A stretch of DNA of 64,000 nt, from positions 124,001 through 188,000 of the IMG/VR virus record IMGVR_UViG_3300027708_000012; one strand, given 5' to 3'. Below are positions 47,101-56,458 of this stretch, piece by piece. A program made the position numbers and the translations under genes. Under the pieces are notes generated by a model. The model was not told the DNA's origin and searched no databases. It saw only the letters and a program-made list of their open reading frames with translations. Within the stretch, counting starts at the first letter, position 1. Every line of letters starts with the position of its first letter.

Positions 47101-49149
47101 TTAACCGCGAGCTATTTTCAACCAACGATCCAATTCGTCATTGTTTTCTTTTACTGGTTTGATATCTGCCAGGATCTCAGCTAGTTTGCTAGGATCTACA
47201 CCAGCAACTTGGAATGTACCAAACAATTGTTTCTTTTCTATAGGAACAACTTTTAATCCTGCGGCTGCGAGCGTATCAAAGAATGGTTTTTCCTGTCCTG
47301 ATGTAACCCATTTGTACGGGAATTCTTTTACGGCACCACCGCCACCAAACGGATCACCTTCACCTCCGCTAAGATCTCGATATTTGATAATACCGTCTTT
47401 AGGATCAATAAAGTTTCCACTGCCTTGTGGAGTAGTCATTTTTCTAACTTGCCCACGAGCCGATGCTATAGCGTCATCTTGTTTGAATTTATCGTAATCT
47501 GCGCGAGCTGTATTGCCTGACGGCATTGCGGCAATATTATTTGGCCTAGGTTTATTGGCATTCATTGCCAATGCACTAGCTGCACCGGATGCATGACCTC
47601 TATCAGTTGCTAATTGCAATGCACTTGCACCTTCGGCACGATCTAATACTTCTTGAGCATGACTTACAGCAGCGTCCCACTTTTGATCTTCGCCGTAATC
47701 GTGACCCATTATTTCACGAATTTGTGCAATTAATGCTTTTTGATCAGCTGTTAATTCTGGTTTTGTGTCTGGTTTTGTGTCTGGTTTTGTGTCTGGTGTC
47801 GGATCGTCATGCGGCATTGGTGCAATAACATTCGGCGCAACTGGATTATTCGGTGTTGGTTGCGGTTCTGGTTTATCACTTCCTGGCGTTAATGCCAACC
47901 CTGCTCCAGTACCTAACGCTGCTCCAGCTAGTGCTGTCTTTACTGGATTTCGACCAACAACTTGACCTGCTTTAAATGCAGAACTTGGCCCTTTATATTT
48001 TACATTTTTTGCAAGACCTACATTGGGTAACGGAGTTACATTAGGACTTGCGGCACCTTTAGTAAAGTTTTTAACACCCTTCCAAGCATCTTTACCTAAT
48101 TCAATTCCTTTACCAAGTAGTTCGCTTGCTGCACCTTCGTCTGCATGTTGTTCAGCTTCAATCATTGCCAAACGATCTCGTAAACTTGCAATATTTTCTG
48201 CTACAGTTTCAGATGTTACTCCGTATTTTTGCATAGCCGCCTGAGTCTTTGGACCCATTTTGCCATCTGCAGTAATTTGTGCGCCTTTAGCAATTAACTT
48301 TTGTTGTATAGCAAATACTTTAGGATCACCGCCAGGTGGCATTGTTGTACCAGCCGGAGCGGCTGCTACAGTTGCTGGTTGACCGGCAGGCGCAGTACCG
48401 TCAAATTCACCGTGCTTGTAATCGCGAGCTAGGTTAGCGGCATCTAATCCTAATGATGCGGCAGTACCAATACCTGGAACTAATGATGCTAAACCACTTG
48501 CGCCAGCCATACCAGCGCCAACCCAGTCACCTTTTTTAGCGCGGTTATATGCATCAGCGGCACCAAATGCTAAACCAACACCTGGAATAGCCTTGCCTAA
48601 CATTTTACCAACGCCTTTTGCAGCTCCGTAAGTCCCAGCGCCAACTGCTGCTTGCTGTGCTAGACTTGCTTCAGATTCTGTTTGATAACCAAAACTTTCC
48701 ATCAATGCATTGGCAATATCAAAAGAAACACCCTCTTTTAAGGTTTTTTCCAATTGATCCACTAGTGCATTTAATTTTGCAATATCTGCATCTTCTAAAG
48801 CATCGTTGCCTTTTGGCGGCTTGTTTGTGGTGCCTGTTGGTGTTGGAGCAATATTAGCTGTAGGTGCAGGCTGTGACGGACTATTACGTTGTGCATTCAT
48901 CTGATTGTAATATTGTTCGCGTCCGTATGACTGTCCAGGTACTATAGGCATTCCAGGTTGTGGACCACCTTGTTGTGTAGGAGTTTGATTTCCTCTGTTA
49001 GCTAGTAAAGCACCGCCGGCTGCACCTAATCCTAACATTGGTAAAAGATTTGCATTTGCTCTTGCGATCGATCCTTCAGGGTCTTGACGATAGAAATTCC
49101 CACCTTCGTCGATATTATCAATTTTGTTGAGTAAATCTCTAATGTTCAT
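47101..49149 (-). CDS. Putative internal virion/ejected protein with Gly-zipper hydrophobic helices and a peptidoglycan-binding-like domain
   Basis: PGBD-like 'VFAIQQKL...ADGKMGPKTQAAM'. Several GxxxG hydrophobic stretches. N-terminus MNIRDLL, C-terminus ELDRWLKIARG. Confidence 0.6.
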   Translation of the reverse strand: MNIRDLLNKIDNIDEGGNFYRQDPEGSIARANANLLPMLGLGAAGGALLANRGNQTPTQQGGPQPGMPIVPGQSYGREQYYNQMNAQRNSPSQPAPTANIAPTPTGTTNKPPKGNDALEDADIAKLNALVDQLEKTLKEGVSFDIANALMESFGYQTESEASLAQQAAVGAGTYGAAKGVGKMLGKAIPGVGLAFGAADAYNRAKKGDWVGAGMAGASGLASLVPGIGTAASLGLDAANLARDYKHGEFDGTAPAGQPATVAAAPAGTTMPPGGDPKVFAIQQKLIAKGAQITADGKMGPKTQAAMQKYGVTSETVAENIASLRDRLAMIEAEQHADEGAASELLGKGIELGKDAWKGVKNFTKGAASPNVTPLPNVGLAKNVKYKGPSSAFKAGQVVGRNPVKTALAGAALGTGAGLALTPGSDKPEPQPTPNNPVAPNVIAPMPHDDPTPDTKPDTKPDTKPELTADQKALIAQIREIMGHDYGEDQKWDAAVSHAQEVLDRAEGASALQLATDRGHASGAASALAMNANKPRPNNIAAMPSGNTARADYDKFKQDDAIASARGQVRKMTTPQGSGNFIDPKDGIIKYRDLSGGEGDPFGGGGAVKEFPYKWVTSGQEKPFFDTLAAAGLKVVPIEKKQLFGTFQVAGVDPSKLAEILADIKPVKENNDELDRWLKIARG
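47756..47796. repeat. 12-bp tandem repeat x3 (encodes PDTK)
   Basis: tctggttttgtg x3 followed by tctgg. Confidence 0.9.
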
Positions 49150-49151
49150 TT

Positions 49152-50498
49152 TTATTCCTTTGGTACACAGTTAGGCACTGTGCGTCCGCCTTTTTTCTTA
49201 GTACCAACTGGATGATAACCTGTCCAGCATGGGTTTGAATTCTTTAATGTGCGCTTTTTAGCATTGGCTTCTTTGATAGGGTTTTGTTCGTGTTTCTTCA
49301 AATCGTTATCAAATTGTTTTACAGTGGCTTTGTTAATGCCTTTGAATCTCTTATCGCCTCGAGCATAGTTACCTTCGGCATCTGCTTTTTTAGCATCAGC
49401 ATAAGCAGCTTTTTTATACTTGCCTAACGTATCAGTACTTAATTCTTCAAGTGTACCCGGAGTGCCAGGACCTGGTTTGAATCCCATACTGTGTCCAGGA
49501 ATCTCATTTTCTTCAACATTTGAACTTAGTGCATGACCAGCTGGCCATTGAATTTTTGCCACATTTCTAAATTGATGTTGCCACTTCTGTGCATACTGCT
49601 CATCCGGAAATTGTAACATCCATTTTCTCTTATGATTTTTTATTCCTAATATCACCGGTAAGGTGATTAGATTTTTAGGTGCATCTTGTTCGAGTTTTTC
49701 TATATGAACCAGTTTCAACACATTACTATACAAATGAGCATAGTGATATGCTTCATTCCTAGATTTAAAATATTTTGTTTCTTCTTTGGGCGGTGTAGGT
49801 TTTCCAACAACGCTATTATTAATAGTTTGAAATGTAGCCGCCCATTGTAACGGAGTTACTCCATTGTTGCCTTTAATTTCTCTTTCTAAAGCACGAAGGG
49901 CACGATCAACATTAAGGTCGTTACCATAATAATCTAACATGGCTTGAAAATGTTTAGAATCAAATTTTTCAGGATTGTAGTTATCAAAATCAGTTGGAAA
50001 ATCTCCGTTGTCTACAGGATTCCATGTTTTATTCTCTTTAAACTTTATAGCATGTGTCTTAGGAGAATTCTTATAAACTTTGTGTTCATTGTCTATAGAT
50101 TTTAATGCCTGCTGTTTAGCAATACGTTCAGCTTTTTCTTCTTGTTTAGATTCTTTCATCAATACACGTTCAGCAATAGTGCTGGCATATTGATTAATTA
50201 ATTGACGTTTTTGTGCTTTGTGTTCAGCAATCTCGTCTTCTACTTTGTGAAAATATTTTCCAATAGTAGTTTCTCGACCAACTGGTTTATTAGCTAATTG
50301 TGTTTTTTCTTTAGGCTGTTGATAGTGTTGCATTGCCATTTGAACGGGCAACGATACTTTATGAGGTGTAGCTTCTTGCAATAGTTGAACATTTGCGTTT
50401 TTATCAATAATAGATAAAAACTTAGCCATGCTATCAACACCTACTACAGGCTTTGTAGCAACACCATCCATCGCCTGTAGTATGCGTTTCATGTCCAT
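49152..50498 (-). CDS. Putative internal head protein
   Basis: N-terminus MDMKRIL, multiple [LIV]xE sites, C-terminal PCWTGY...VPNCVP motif. Confidence 0.5.
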   Translation of the reverse strand: MDMKRILQAMDGVATKPVVGVDSMAKFLSIIDKNANVQLLQEATPHKVSLPVQMAMQHYQQPKEKTQLANKPVGRETTIGKYFHKVEDEIAEHKAQKRQLINQYASTIAERVLMKESKQEEKAERIAKQQALKSIDNEHKVYKNSPKTHAIKFKENKTWNPVDNGDFPTDFDNYNPEKFDSKHFQAMLDYYGNDLNVDRALRALEREIKGNNGVTPLQWAATFQTINNSVVGKPTPPKEETKYFKSRNEAYHYAHLYSNVLKLVHIEKLEQDAPKNLITLPVILGIKNHKRKWMLQFPDEQYAQKWQHQFRNVAKIQWPAGHALSSNVEENEIPGHSMGFKPGPGTPGTLEELSTDTLGKYKKAAYADAKKADAEGNYARGDKRFKGINKATVKQFDNDLKKHEQNPIKEANAKKRTLKNSNPCWTGYHPVGTKKKGGRTVPNCVPKE

Positions 50499-50502
50499 CG
50501 GA

Positions 50503-52122
50503 TTACCCCAATAGACGTTTTGTCAATGCACGGATTTGATCAACCTCACGGTTTTCAACAAGTGCTGGCTTTTCAGTACGATTTAAACGACCTGTTAGTT
50601 CTTGCATACGTGTAAAATCTGTAGACTCTTTTACAGTCTCTTTCTTTTTGTCACCGACAGCTTTCTTCATCGGTTCTTTCTTATCACCGTCTTTGTCCAT
50701 ATCTAAAAAGTCAGGCTTAACAGCTTTTGATTTTTCAGCAATGTAAGCTGTAGTTTCTTTGATGTTCTTCCACATAGCAGCTGCAGCAATCTTCTTACCC
50801 TTCTCACCGCCACCAGCTGACTTAGCTACTTTGTCAAAGCTCTTGCCTGGCTTGCCAATGTCTCCACCTGCCTTGGCTTTTTTAACTACAGCTGATTTCT
50901 TAGCCTTGCTTAGACCTGCACTTGGCTTGGCACTTTCTTTAACTGGCTTGCAAGTACATTCTCGCATAGTCATTTCGCATTCTTTACACATCTTAGAAGC
51001 TTCTTTCAAGTTGCCTGCTTTCTTAGCGGCACGAATTTTGCTACCTAAGTATTCGTCTTTACCAGACTCAACTTTACCGTCTTTATCGTAGTCTTTTTTA
51101 GCCATTTTACTTTTAGCTTCGTCTACTTTATCGCGATTGTCAAACTTTTCGTTGTCTTTCATTCCCCAAGTCTTAGCACTCTTAGGAGATTGTTTTAGTG
51201 CAGGAGCGCGGTCTTTCTTTTCTGCAGCACTTTGTGCCTTAGCGTGACTCTTAGTACCTTTACCTGATTTGGCGTTTGAAGCAATTTCATCGCCTTCGTC
51301 TTTATAGCTAGTATTTTTATGAGTAACACCTGTACTAGTTTTAGTTGCTACACCGGTGCGAGTCTTAAATGTATCACCAGTCTTAGATTTGTTGTCAAAT
51401 CCTTCTTTAGTAGTGCTAATTGGATCTTTCTGACCTGCTGGAGCCGGCATCATAGAGCCTAACTTTTTAGCTTCTTCTGCATCTTTAGCGCCTGATGGAT
51501 TTGGTACTACTGTTAAGTTTTCATCAACTTCTTCATCGTCTGGAATACCATTATGATTTCTGTCTAAACGCTTACTAGCAGCATGGAATGCTTTAGTTTG
51601 TTTATTATATTTTTCAACTTTAGATTTAACATGATCTGGAATTGGTTTTGGTGCTTCGTAAACCATGCCAGTACCGCCACATTCTGTACAAGCACGTTCA
51701 CCGCCACTTAATACACCTTCGTCAACTTTTTTGTCTTTAAGTTTTTCAGCTTGGGTTTTCTTAAGATTCTTAACTTTATCTTTTGCCTCTGATAGCATTT
51801 CTTTTAATCTCATTTTTTGTCCCTCGCTTAATGTGTCGCTATTATCTAAATGATGCCCGTACTCACTAAACTTCATTTCGTATTCTAGATAGTGATAAAC
51901 CGATGCAATATAGTCAGCAGCTTTAGTAATCTTTGCTTGTACCCATGCTTCCAACTGATCTTCATCGTTCATTTGTTGGTATAGCTTGTGTGAATAATTG
52001 GCTAGTTTGAATAAATCAGCTTTGGCCATAGCGCCTTCACGGTCTGTGTCGCCGTGTGTACCGATTACTTCACCTTCTGGTTGTTGGTCCATTTCTGGTT
52101 CCATGTTGTCTAATCCTGGCAT
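50503..52122 (-). CDS. Putative prohead core/internal protein, Lys-rich
   Basis: Many [LIV]xE-[A/G/S/N/T] sites, a CTECGGTG motif, and DxDxDG-type motifs. Confidence 0.55.
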   Translation of the reverse strand: MPGLDNMEPEMDQQPEGEVIGTHGDTDREGAMAKADLFKLANYSHKLYQQMNDEDQLEAWVQAKITKAADYIASVYHYLEYEMKFSEYGHHLDNSDTLSEGQKMRLKEMLSEAKDKVKNLKKTQAEKLKDKKVDEGVLSGGERACTECGGTGMVYEAPKPIPDHVKSKVEKYNKQTKAFHAASKRLDRNHNGIPDDEEVDENLTVVPNPSGAKDAEEAKKLGSMMPAPAGQKDPISTTKEGFDNKSKTGDTFKTRTGVATKTSTGVTHKNTSYKDEGDEIASNAKSGKGTKSHAKAQSAAEKKDRAPALKQSPKSAKTWGMKDNEKFDNRDKVDEAKSKMAKKDYDKDGKVESGKDEYLGSKIRAAKKAGNLKEASKMCKECEMTMRECTCKPVKESAKPSAGLSKAKKSAVVKKAKAGGDIGKPGKSFDKVAKSAGGGEKGKKIAAAAMWKNIKETTAYIAEKSKAVKPDFLDMDKDGDKKEPMKKAVGDKKKETVKESTDFTRMQELTGRLNRTEKPALVENREVDQIRALTKRLLG

Positions 52123-52148
52123 GAGTATACTCCGTTATCTTTATATAT

Positions 52149-52688
52149 TTAGTGTCTTTTGATGACTTTAGGACCACCGAACAGGCTAGTACTTTTAATA
52201 TCTAATCCGTTTTTAGCAGTACCGTTTTTATTTTTAGGTTGTACTACTTTGGGTTGTGGAGGTGCTTTTGTACCACTTTTGCCTGGCGACCCTGTGTAAC
52301 TCTTTTTACCACGGGCTTTTCCTGGGCTAATATGTGGAGCATCTACAGTACCAATATTTGCGGCACTAGTAGCACCTGCACTTGCTGTTTCTTCTAAAGA
52401 TCTAGCTACGTGAACTTGCTTACCATTAGCTGCTAGCTTTCTAGCAACATTTTCTGCATGACTTTTTGAACCAAATGTTTTCCATTTGCGTCCGTTAATG
52501 TGAACATCGTGCGGAACATCTGTTTGATAATGGTGTTGCTGACGATGCTTACGAGGATCTCCAGCACCAATTCTGTCGTGTGCTGCACTATAATCCCAGC
52601 TATCGGGACCTTCGTCGTTACCCGGAGATAGACTCATACCGCTATCATCGTATCCGTGTCTGCCTTCTAAAAGTTCTTTAATTTTCAT
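52149..52688 (-). CDS. Putative internal head protein
   Basis: N-terminus MKIKELLEG; also LEETASAGATS. Confidence 0.5.
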   Translation of the reverse strand: MKIKELLEGRHGYDDSGMSLSPGNDEGPDSWDYSAAHDRIGAGDPRKHRQQHHYQTDVPHDVHINGRKWKTFGSKSHAENVARKLAANGKQVHVARSLEETASAGATSAANIGTVDAPHISPGKARGKKSYTGSPGKSGTKAPPQPKVVQPKNKNGTAKNGLDIKSTSLFGGPKVIKRH

Positions 52689-52689
52689 T

Positions 52690-52902
52690 TTATTTTCCTA
52701 CAGGCTTTTCGCCAGTCATATAGGGCAAACTAAACCATAACTGAAACCACTCGGGTGTTCCTGGTTTAATATTGTTCTCACGCATTAATTTGGCCTTTTC
52801 AGTTCCAGTAATGCTTATATTCATTCCGCCTAGCTCGTAAGGTTGCAGGCCTTTAAATTCATTAACGCCAGCTAACTTTTTAAGACGAGCAATTTCATCC
52901 AT
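52690..52902 (-). CDS. Small putative head-associated protein
   Basis: MDEIARLKKLAG...IKPGTPEWFQLWF. Confidence 0.5.
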   Translation of the reverse strand: MDEIARLKKLAGVNEFKGLQPYELGGMNISITGTEKAKLMRENNIKPGTPEWFQLWFSLPYMTGEKPVGK

Positions 52903-53339
52903 TATTTTAAACTTGCTCTCAGCATCCAGCTATGTTTTTTGTGTGCATCTTGTCTATCAGCTAGAAAATTACTTAGTCCGTGATCACCGTGCTCTTCTGC
53001 CATGGTGAAAGTAATACGAAATATATTAGCCATGCGCTCGCTATCTTCTAATAATTCGCTTAACATTCCGTGAAAATCTGGTACAGCGTTTTCGTCTTCT
53101 ACTTTAGTAAGCATACTAAATTTAGCTAAACTTGCTGGAGTGTATACTTGTAACGCACGTAACTGTTCGGCAAACGTATCGATGCTACCATATACTTCGT
53201 CATAGATACGTTCAAATAGAATATGTAACTGATAAAATAGCGGACCTTCTGCGTTCCAGTGAAAATTTTGTGCCTTTAGTGCAAATGCATATTCACTAGC
53301 AAATGCAGTTTTAAGTGCTAAATGATATTTCTCGTCCAT
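52902..53339 (-). CDS. dps: Dps/ferritin-like DNA protection protein
   Basis: FHWN.EG..F..LH..FE..Y......D.FAEQLRAL...HKKHSWML. Confidence 0.9.
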   Translation of the reverse strand: MDEKYHLALKTAFASEYAFALKAQNFHWNAEGPLFYQLHILFERIYDEVYGSIDTFAEQLRALQVYTPASLAKFSMLTKVEDENAVPDFHGMLSELLEDSERMANIFRITFTMAEEHGDHGLSNFLADRQDAHKKHSWMLRASLK

Positions 53340-53340
53340 T

Positions 53341-54603
53341 TTAAATTCCGTACTTGTTCTTTTTTGGTTTAGCTACAATGCTTTTAGTGTTAGCACCTGT
53401 GGGCTCCACGCTCTTACCAAAAGAGCTAACATGTTTGCCATCTGTTGGAATAGTTTTCATAGCCGAACGAACCATGTTATCTTCCGCTTGTGTCATTGGA
53501 TGTATTGTGTTGTACTTTTCAAACCAAGTATCAACATTAACGCCGTCAATTTTTCCAGTACTAACGCCGTCTGCCATAGCCATAGCCATCATTAACCTAT
53601 TCATGTGGTATACACGATCGTATCCGCCTACATCGCGAGCACGGGTGACACCTTTGCCCACAGCATCGTGATCTGGGTGTAGCTTAGTAGTGCCTTCTTT
53701 GATAAATTCGTTAGCTTTCATTTCTCTTAATAGTTTATTAGCATATTTAATCAAATTTTCGTCGGATCGTCTATATACTTGTTGTGCTTTTTTATTGCCC
53801 AAGTCTCTTTCTATTTTCTCTGGATCCTTGGCTTTTTCTTTTTCAAAGTACTTACGCATTTCTTCAGAACTAACAGTTTTCTTTTTAACAGGGTTATCAG
53901 TCTTTGCTAAGAATCCCATTAAACTTTCGTCGGCTACCTTTTCTTTCTTAGGCTTTTTAGGTGCTTTTCCAAATGCAGGGTCGGCCATACGTTGTTCTGC
54001 TTTATGCATTAAATCTAATACTTCGTCATCGCTTAGTTCAGGACTCATTGCATCTCGCCACGCTTGAAACTTTTGTTCCTCAGTAGCATTTGGATCTTGT
54101 AATATGGCTCGCATAGGTGTAGCACGTGGACCTTCCTCATCACGACTAGGATCATTTGTTTCTTGACGAGCAATAACATTCAAACTGTTAAAATTAAATG
54201 GAACATTTCCAGCTTTGTCAGGTTTACCGTTATAGTTTTTAACATAACTTAGCGCATTAACTTGATCAGCACCGACAACAACGGTAACGTCAGTATAGCC
54301 ATGCTTACTTAACTGAGATAGTACACGAGTTAAATCAGGCATTTCGTCAGTTGCGGTATGGAAAATATGTCCGTGCTTGGGAAACACTTTCTTATAGATA
54401 TGTAATTTTTCGTCTGGAGTGATTGGATCGTCTTTACCTACTGTACGACTAACAACAAAGTATGGATCTGCTCCGTGGTCTTTAGCTTGGGTAATAACAC
54501 TACTGGCTAGATACATGTGACCTTTGTGGCCCATACCACGACCCCAGCCAACTACAGCGGCTTTGCCTTCTCCTGTACGATTAAGAAATTCACGTAATAA
54601 CAT
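53341..54603 (-). CDS. HxGH (cytidylyl/adenylyl-transferase-like) nucleotidyltransferase with C-terminal extension
   Basis: VVGWGRGMGHKGH, DPIT..EK, VVVGADQ and ATPMR. N-terminus MLLREFL. Confidence 0.7.
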   Translation of the reverse strand: MLLREFLNRTGEGKAAVVGWGRGMGHKGHMYLASSVITQAKDHGADPYFVVSRTVGKDDPITPDEKLHIYKKVFPKHGHIFHTATDEMPDLTRVLSQLSKHGYTDVTVVVGADQVNALSYVKNYNGKPDKAGNVPFNFNSLNVIARQETNDPSRDEEGPRATPMRAILQDPNATEEQKFQAWRDAMSPELSDDEVLDLMHKAEQRMADPAFGKAPKKPKKEKVADESLMGFLAKTDNPVKKKTVSSEEMRKYFEKEKAKDPEKIERDLGNKKAQQVYRRSDENLIKYANKLLREMKANEFIKEGTTKLHPDHDAVGKGVTRARDVGGYDRVYHMNRLMMAMAMADGVSTGKIDGVNVDTWFEKYNTIHPMTQAEDNMVRSAMKTIPTDGKHVSSFGKSVEPTGANTKSIVAKPKKNKYGI

Positions 54604-56456
54604 TAGTCTTTCCTCGGAGCCCAGTTGGCCTGGTCAATAGTTTTAACAAACTGTCCAGGCAAATCATTTTTAAATTTACCCCCAGGGTGTGCTTGTACGT
54701 ACCCTTCTGGTTTTGTCTGTCGTATACCGCCGTGTGTACCGGTGCTTAATGCACCAATTACTTTCATTTTTTCGTGTGTTAATAATTCAACAGCACTTAG
54801 TACAGCATCTAAGCCAGGATGACTTAGAACTTTTTGTGCCTGAGTATTGCTTAGTTTTGCAGTAGCCCATTGTTCAAACTTTTCTTTAACACCTTCAACA
54901 CGTAAATTTTGATTAAAGAAACTATACAATACATCACCGGGTTTACTTAGACCAGGTTGCCCTGCAACAAAACTATCAATTGCAGCTTTGTGTTGTTTAA
55001 TAAATGCTTCAGCATGCTTTAATCCCTCTTCGTCTACTTTAGGAGCATGCTCAACATATGTTGTACCTTGTACAATAACATCTGCTGTTGATAATTTTTC
55101 AGCATTTGGATAACGTGTTTCGTCAGCACCAATGTGTGTATAAAAACCTGTAGCAGCTATCATTACTTTTGCTTTAGCAATGCGTTTTCCTAGAGCACTA
55201 CCTGCTGGAATGTGGAAGGCTGTGATATTAGGTTGAAAATCGTATTCGTTTGTACTAGGATTTAATCTTGCTGGTGCAAGAGGACTGAATAGTATACCAC
55301 CTTCGATATATCCTTTTTTAGGACTAATGCTTTCAAAGTAAGGCCATAAATCAGCAAGCCCTTGTGCAAATGCACGTCTTTGATCTTCTTGACCAGGCTG
55401 TGGATTGCCTGTACCTAGAATAAACATAGCAACATCGTCTGGGTCATTCATCATGGTTGTAACACCGCTCTTGGTATGAGTAGTGCCACGTTTCATATAA
55501 TCCCAAGCGTTTTTTGGAAACATATGGAACACACCGTGCTCATCACGGCCCCAGTAGATAACAGGACTACCGTCCCATTTTAATTCTATGCTACCACCTT
55601 TGCTAGTCATGTGACGCAGACGTTCAACGGCATGCAGTCCGCCAGTGCTACCATTGGTAAACACTAGATCTTCAATATGTTGATACTTGCGACCTACTGT
55701 AGGTGCGGCGGCTTCATTAATTGGTTGCGGACTAACAGCTTGCCAACTTGCACCGCTTGATGCTTGTTGATATATGCTATTGCGTCGAGCTTCGTCGGGA
55801 ATAGCGTTCATGATGCTTTCTACACTTCCTAGATCTGCTGCCTTGGCATGTTTACCTAATAGTCGTTTAGCAATAACATCTAAATCATCGCTGATAAAAT
55901 CAGCTTTTTTACCCATAGCATCTCTAGCATATAGACCTTCATCGGGCGACCATAACATACCTTGATTGCTAGCCAATGCATTCATCATCATTTGTTTATG
56001 AACACCTTTGTAAGGGCTACCTTGGGGAATAGCATGATGATGGAATTTGTGAACTTTCTCGGCATTACCAACAGTTTTAATATCTACCTGATAGAATTTT
56101 TCTTTATAAGGCAATAAGATATGTACAGTTACGCCAGTTTTTTTAGTTTGTAAACCTTTGCTTTGTAGATATTTTTCTAACTCAATACGAGTAGTCTTGC
56201 CGTCTTTAGTACCAAACTTTTGCGCAAGCTGACTAGCATCTACCATTACATCCAAGTCACCGCTGATCTTTCCGGGAGTTGGAGTAGCAGCACTACCGAT
56301 TACATACGCATGAGCACCGACACCGCTGAGATAACGATTTGTTTCGTGTACTAGGTGACTGGCAATAGCCTGATCAAAACCTTCAGATTCAGGCCAAATA
56401 TTACCGCCTTCTAACAAAGGCTTTTTAACAGACCTAAATAATTCACGTAGTAACAT
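54603..56456 (-). CDS. Fusion of a Pol-beta-type nucleotidyltransferase and a ligase-like (KxDG) domain
   Basis: N-terminal half: IGS...GDLDV...YQVD. C-terminal half: HIEDL...LKWDGSP...EG..LF...EGYV...VK.ID. Linker PINEAA. Confidence 0.65.
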   Translation of the reverse strand: MLLRELFRSVKKPLLEGGNIWPESEGFDQAIASHLVHETNRYLSGVGAHAYVIGSAATPTPGKISGDLDVMVDASQLAQKFGTKDGKTTRIELEKYLQSKGLQTKKTGVTVHILLPYKEKFYQVDIKTVGNAEKVHKFHHHAIPQGSPYKGVHKQMMMNALASNQGMLWSPDEGLYARDAMGKKADFISDDLDVIAKRLLGKHAKAADLGSVESIMNAIPDEARRNSIYQQASSGASWQAVSPQPINEAAAPTVGRKYQHIEDLVFTNGSTGGLHAVERLRHMTSKGGSIELKWDGSPVIYWGRDEHGVFHMFPKNAWDYMKRGTTHTKSGVTTMMNDPDDVAMFILGTGNPQPGQEDQRRAFAQGLADLWPYFESISPKKGYIEGGILFSPLAPARLNPSTNEYDFQPNITAFHIPAGSALGKRIAKAKVMIAATGFYTHIGADETRYPNAEKLSTADVIVQGTTYVEHAPKVDEEGLKHAEAFIKQHKAAIDSFVAGQPGLSKPGDVLYSFFNQNLRVEGVKEKFEQWATAKLSNTQAQKVLSHPGLDAVLSAVELLTHEKMKVIGALSTGTHGGIRQTKPEGYVQAHPGGKFKNDLPGQFVKTIDQANWAPRKD

Positions 56457-56458
56457 TT

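Noticed and set aside
47756-47796. Short tandem repeats here and at ~63773-63885 as possible CRISPR or regulatory arrays
   Set aside because: They are in-frame coding repeats (PDTK; GGAPAA) without spacers. No CRISPR array or cas gene was seen.
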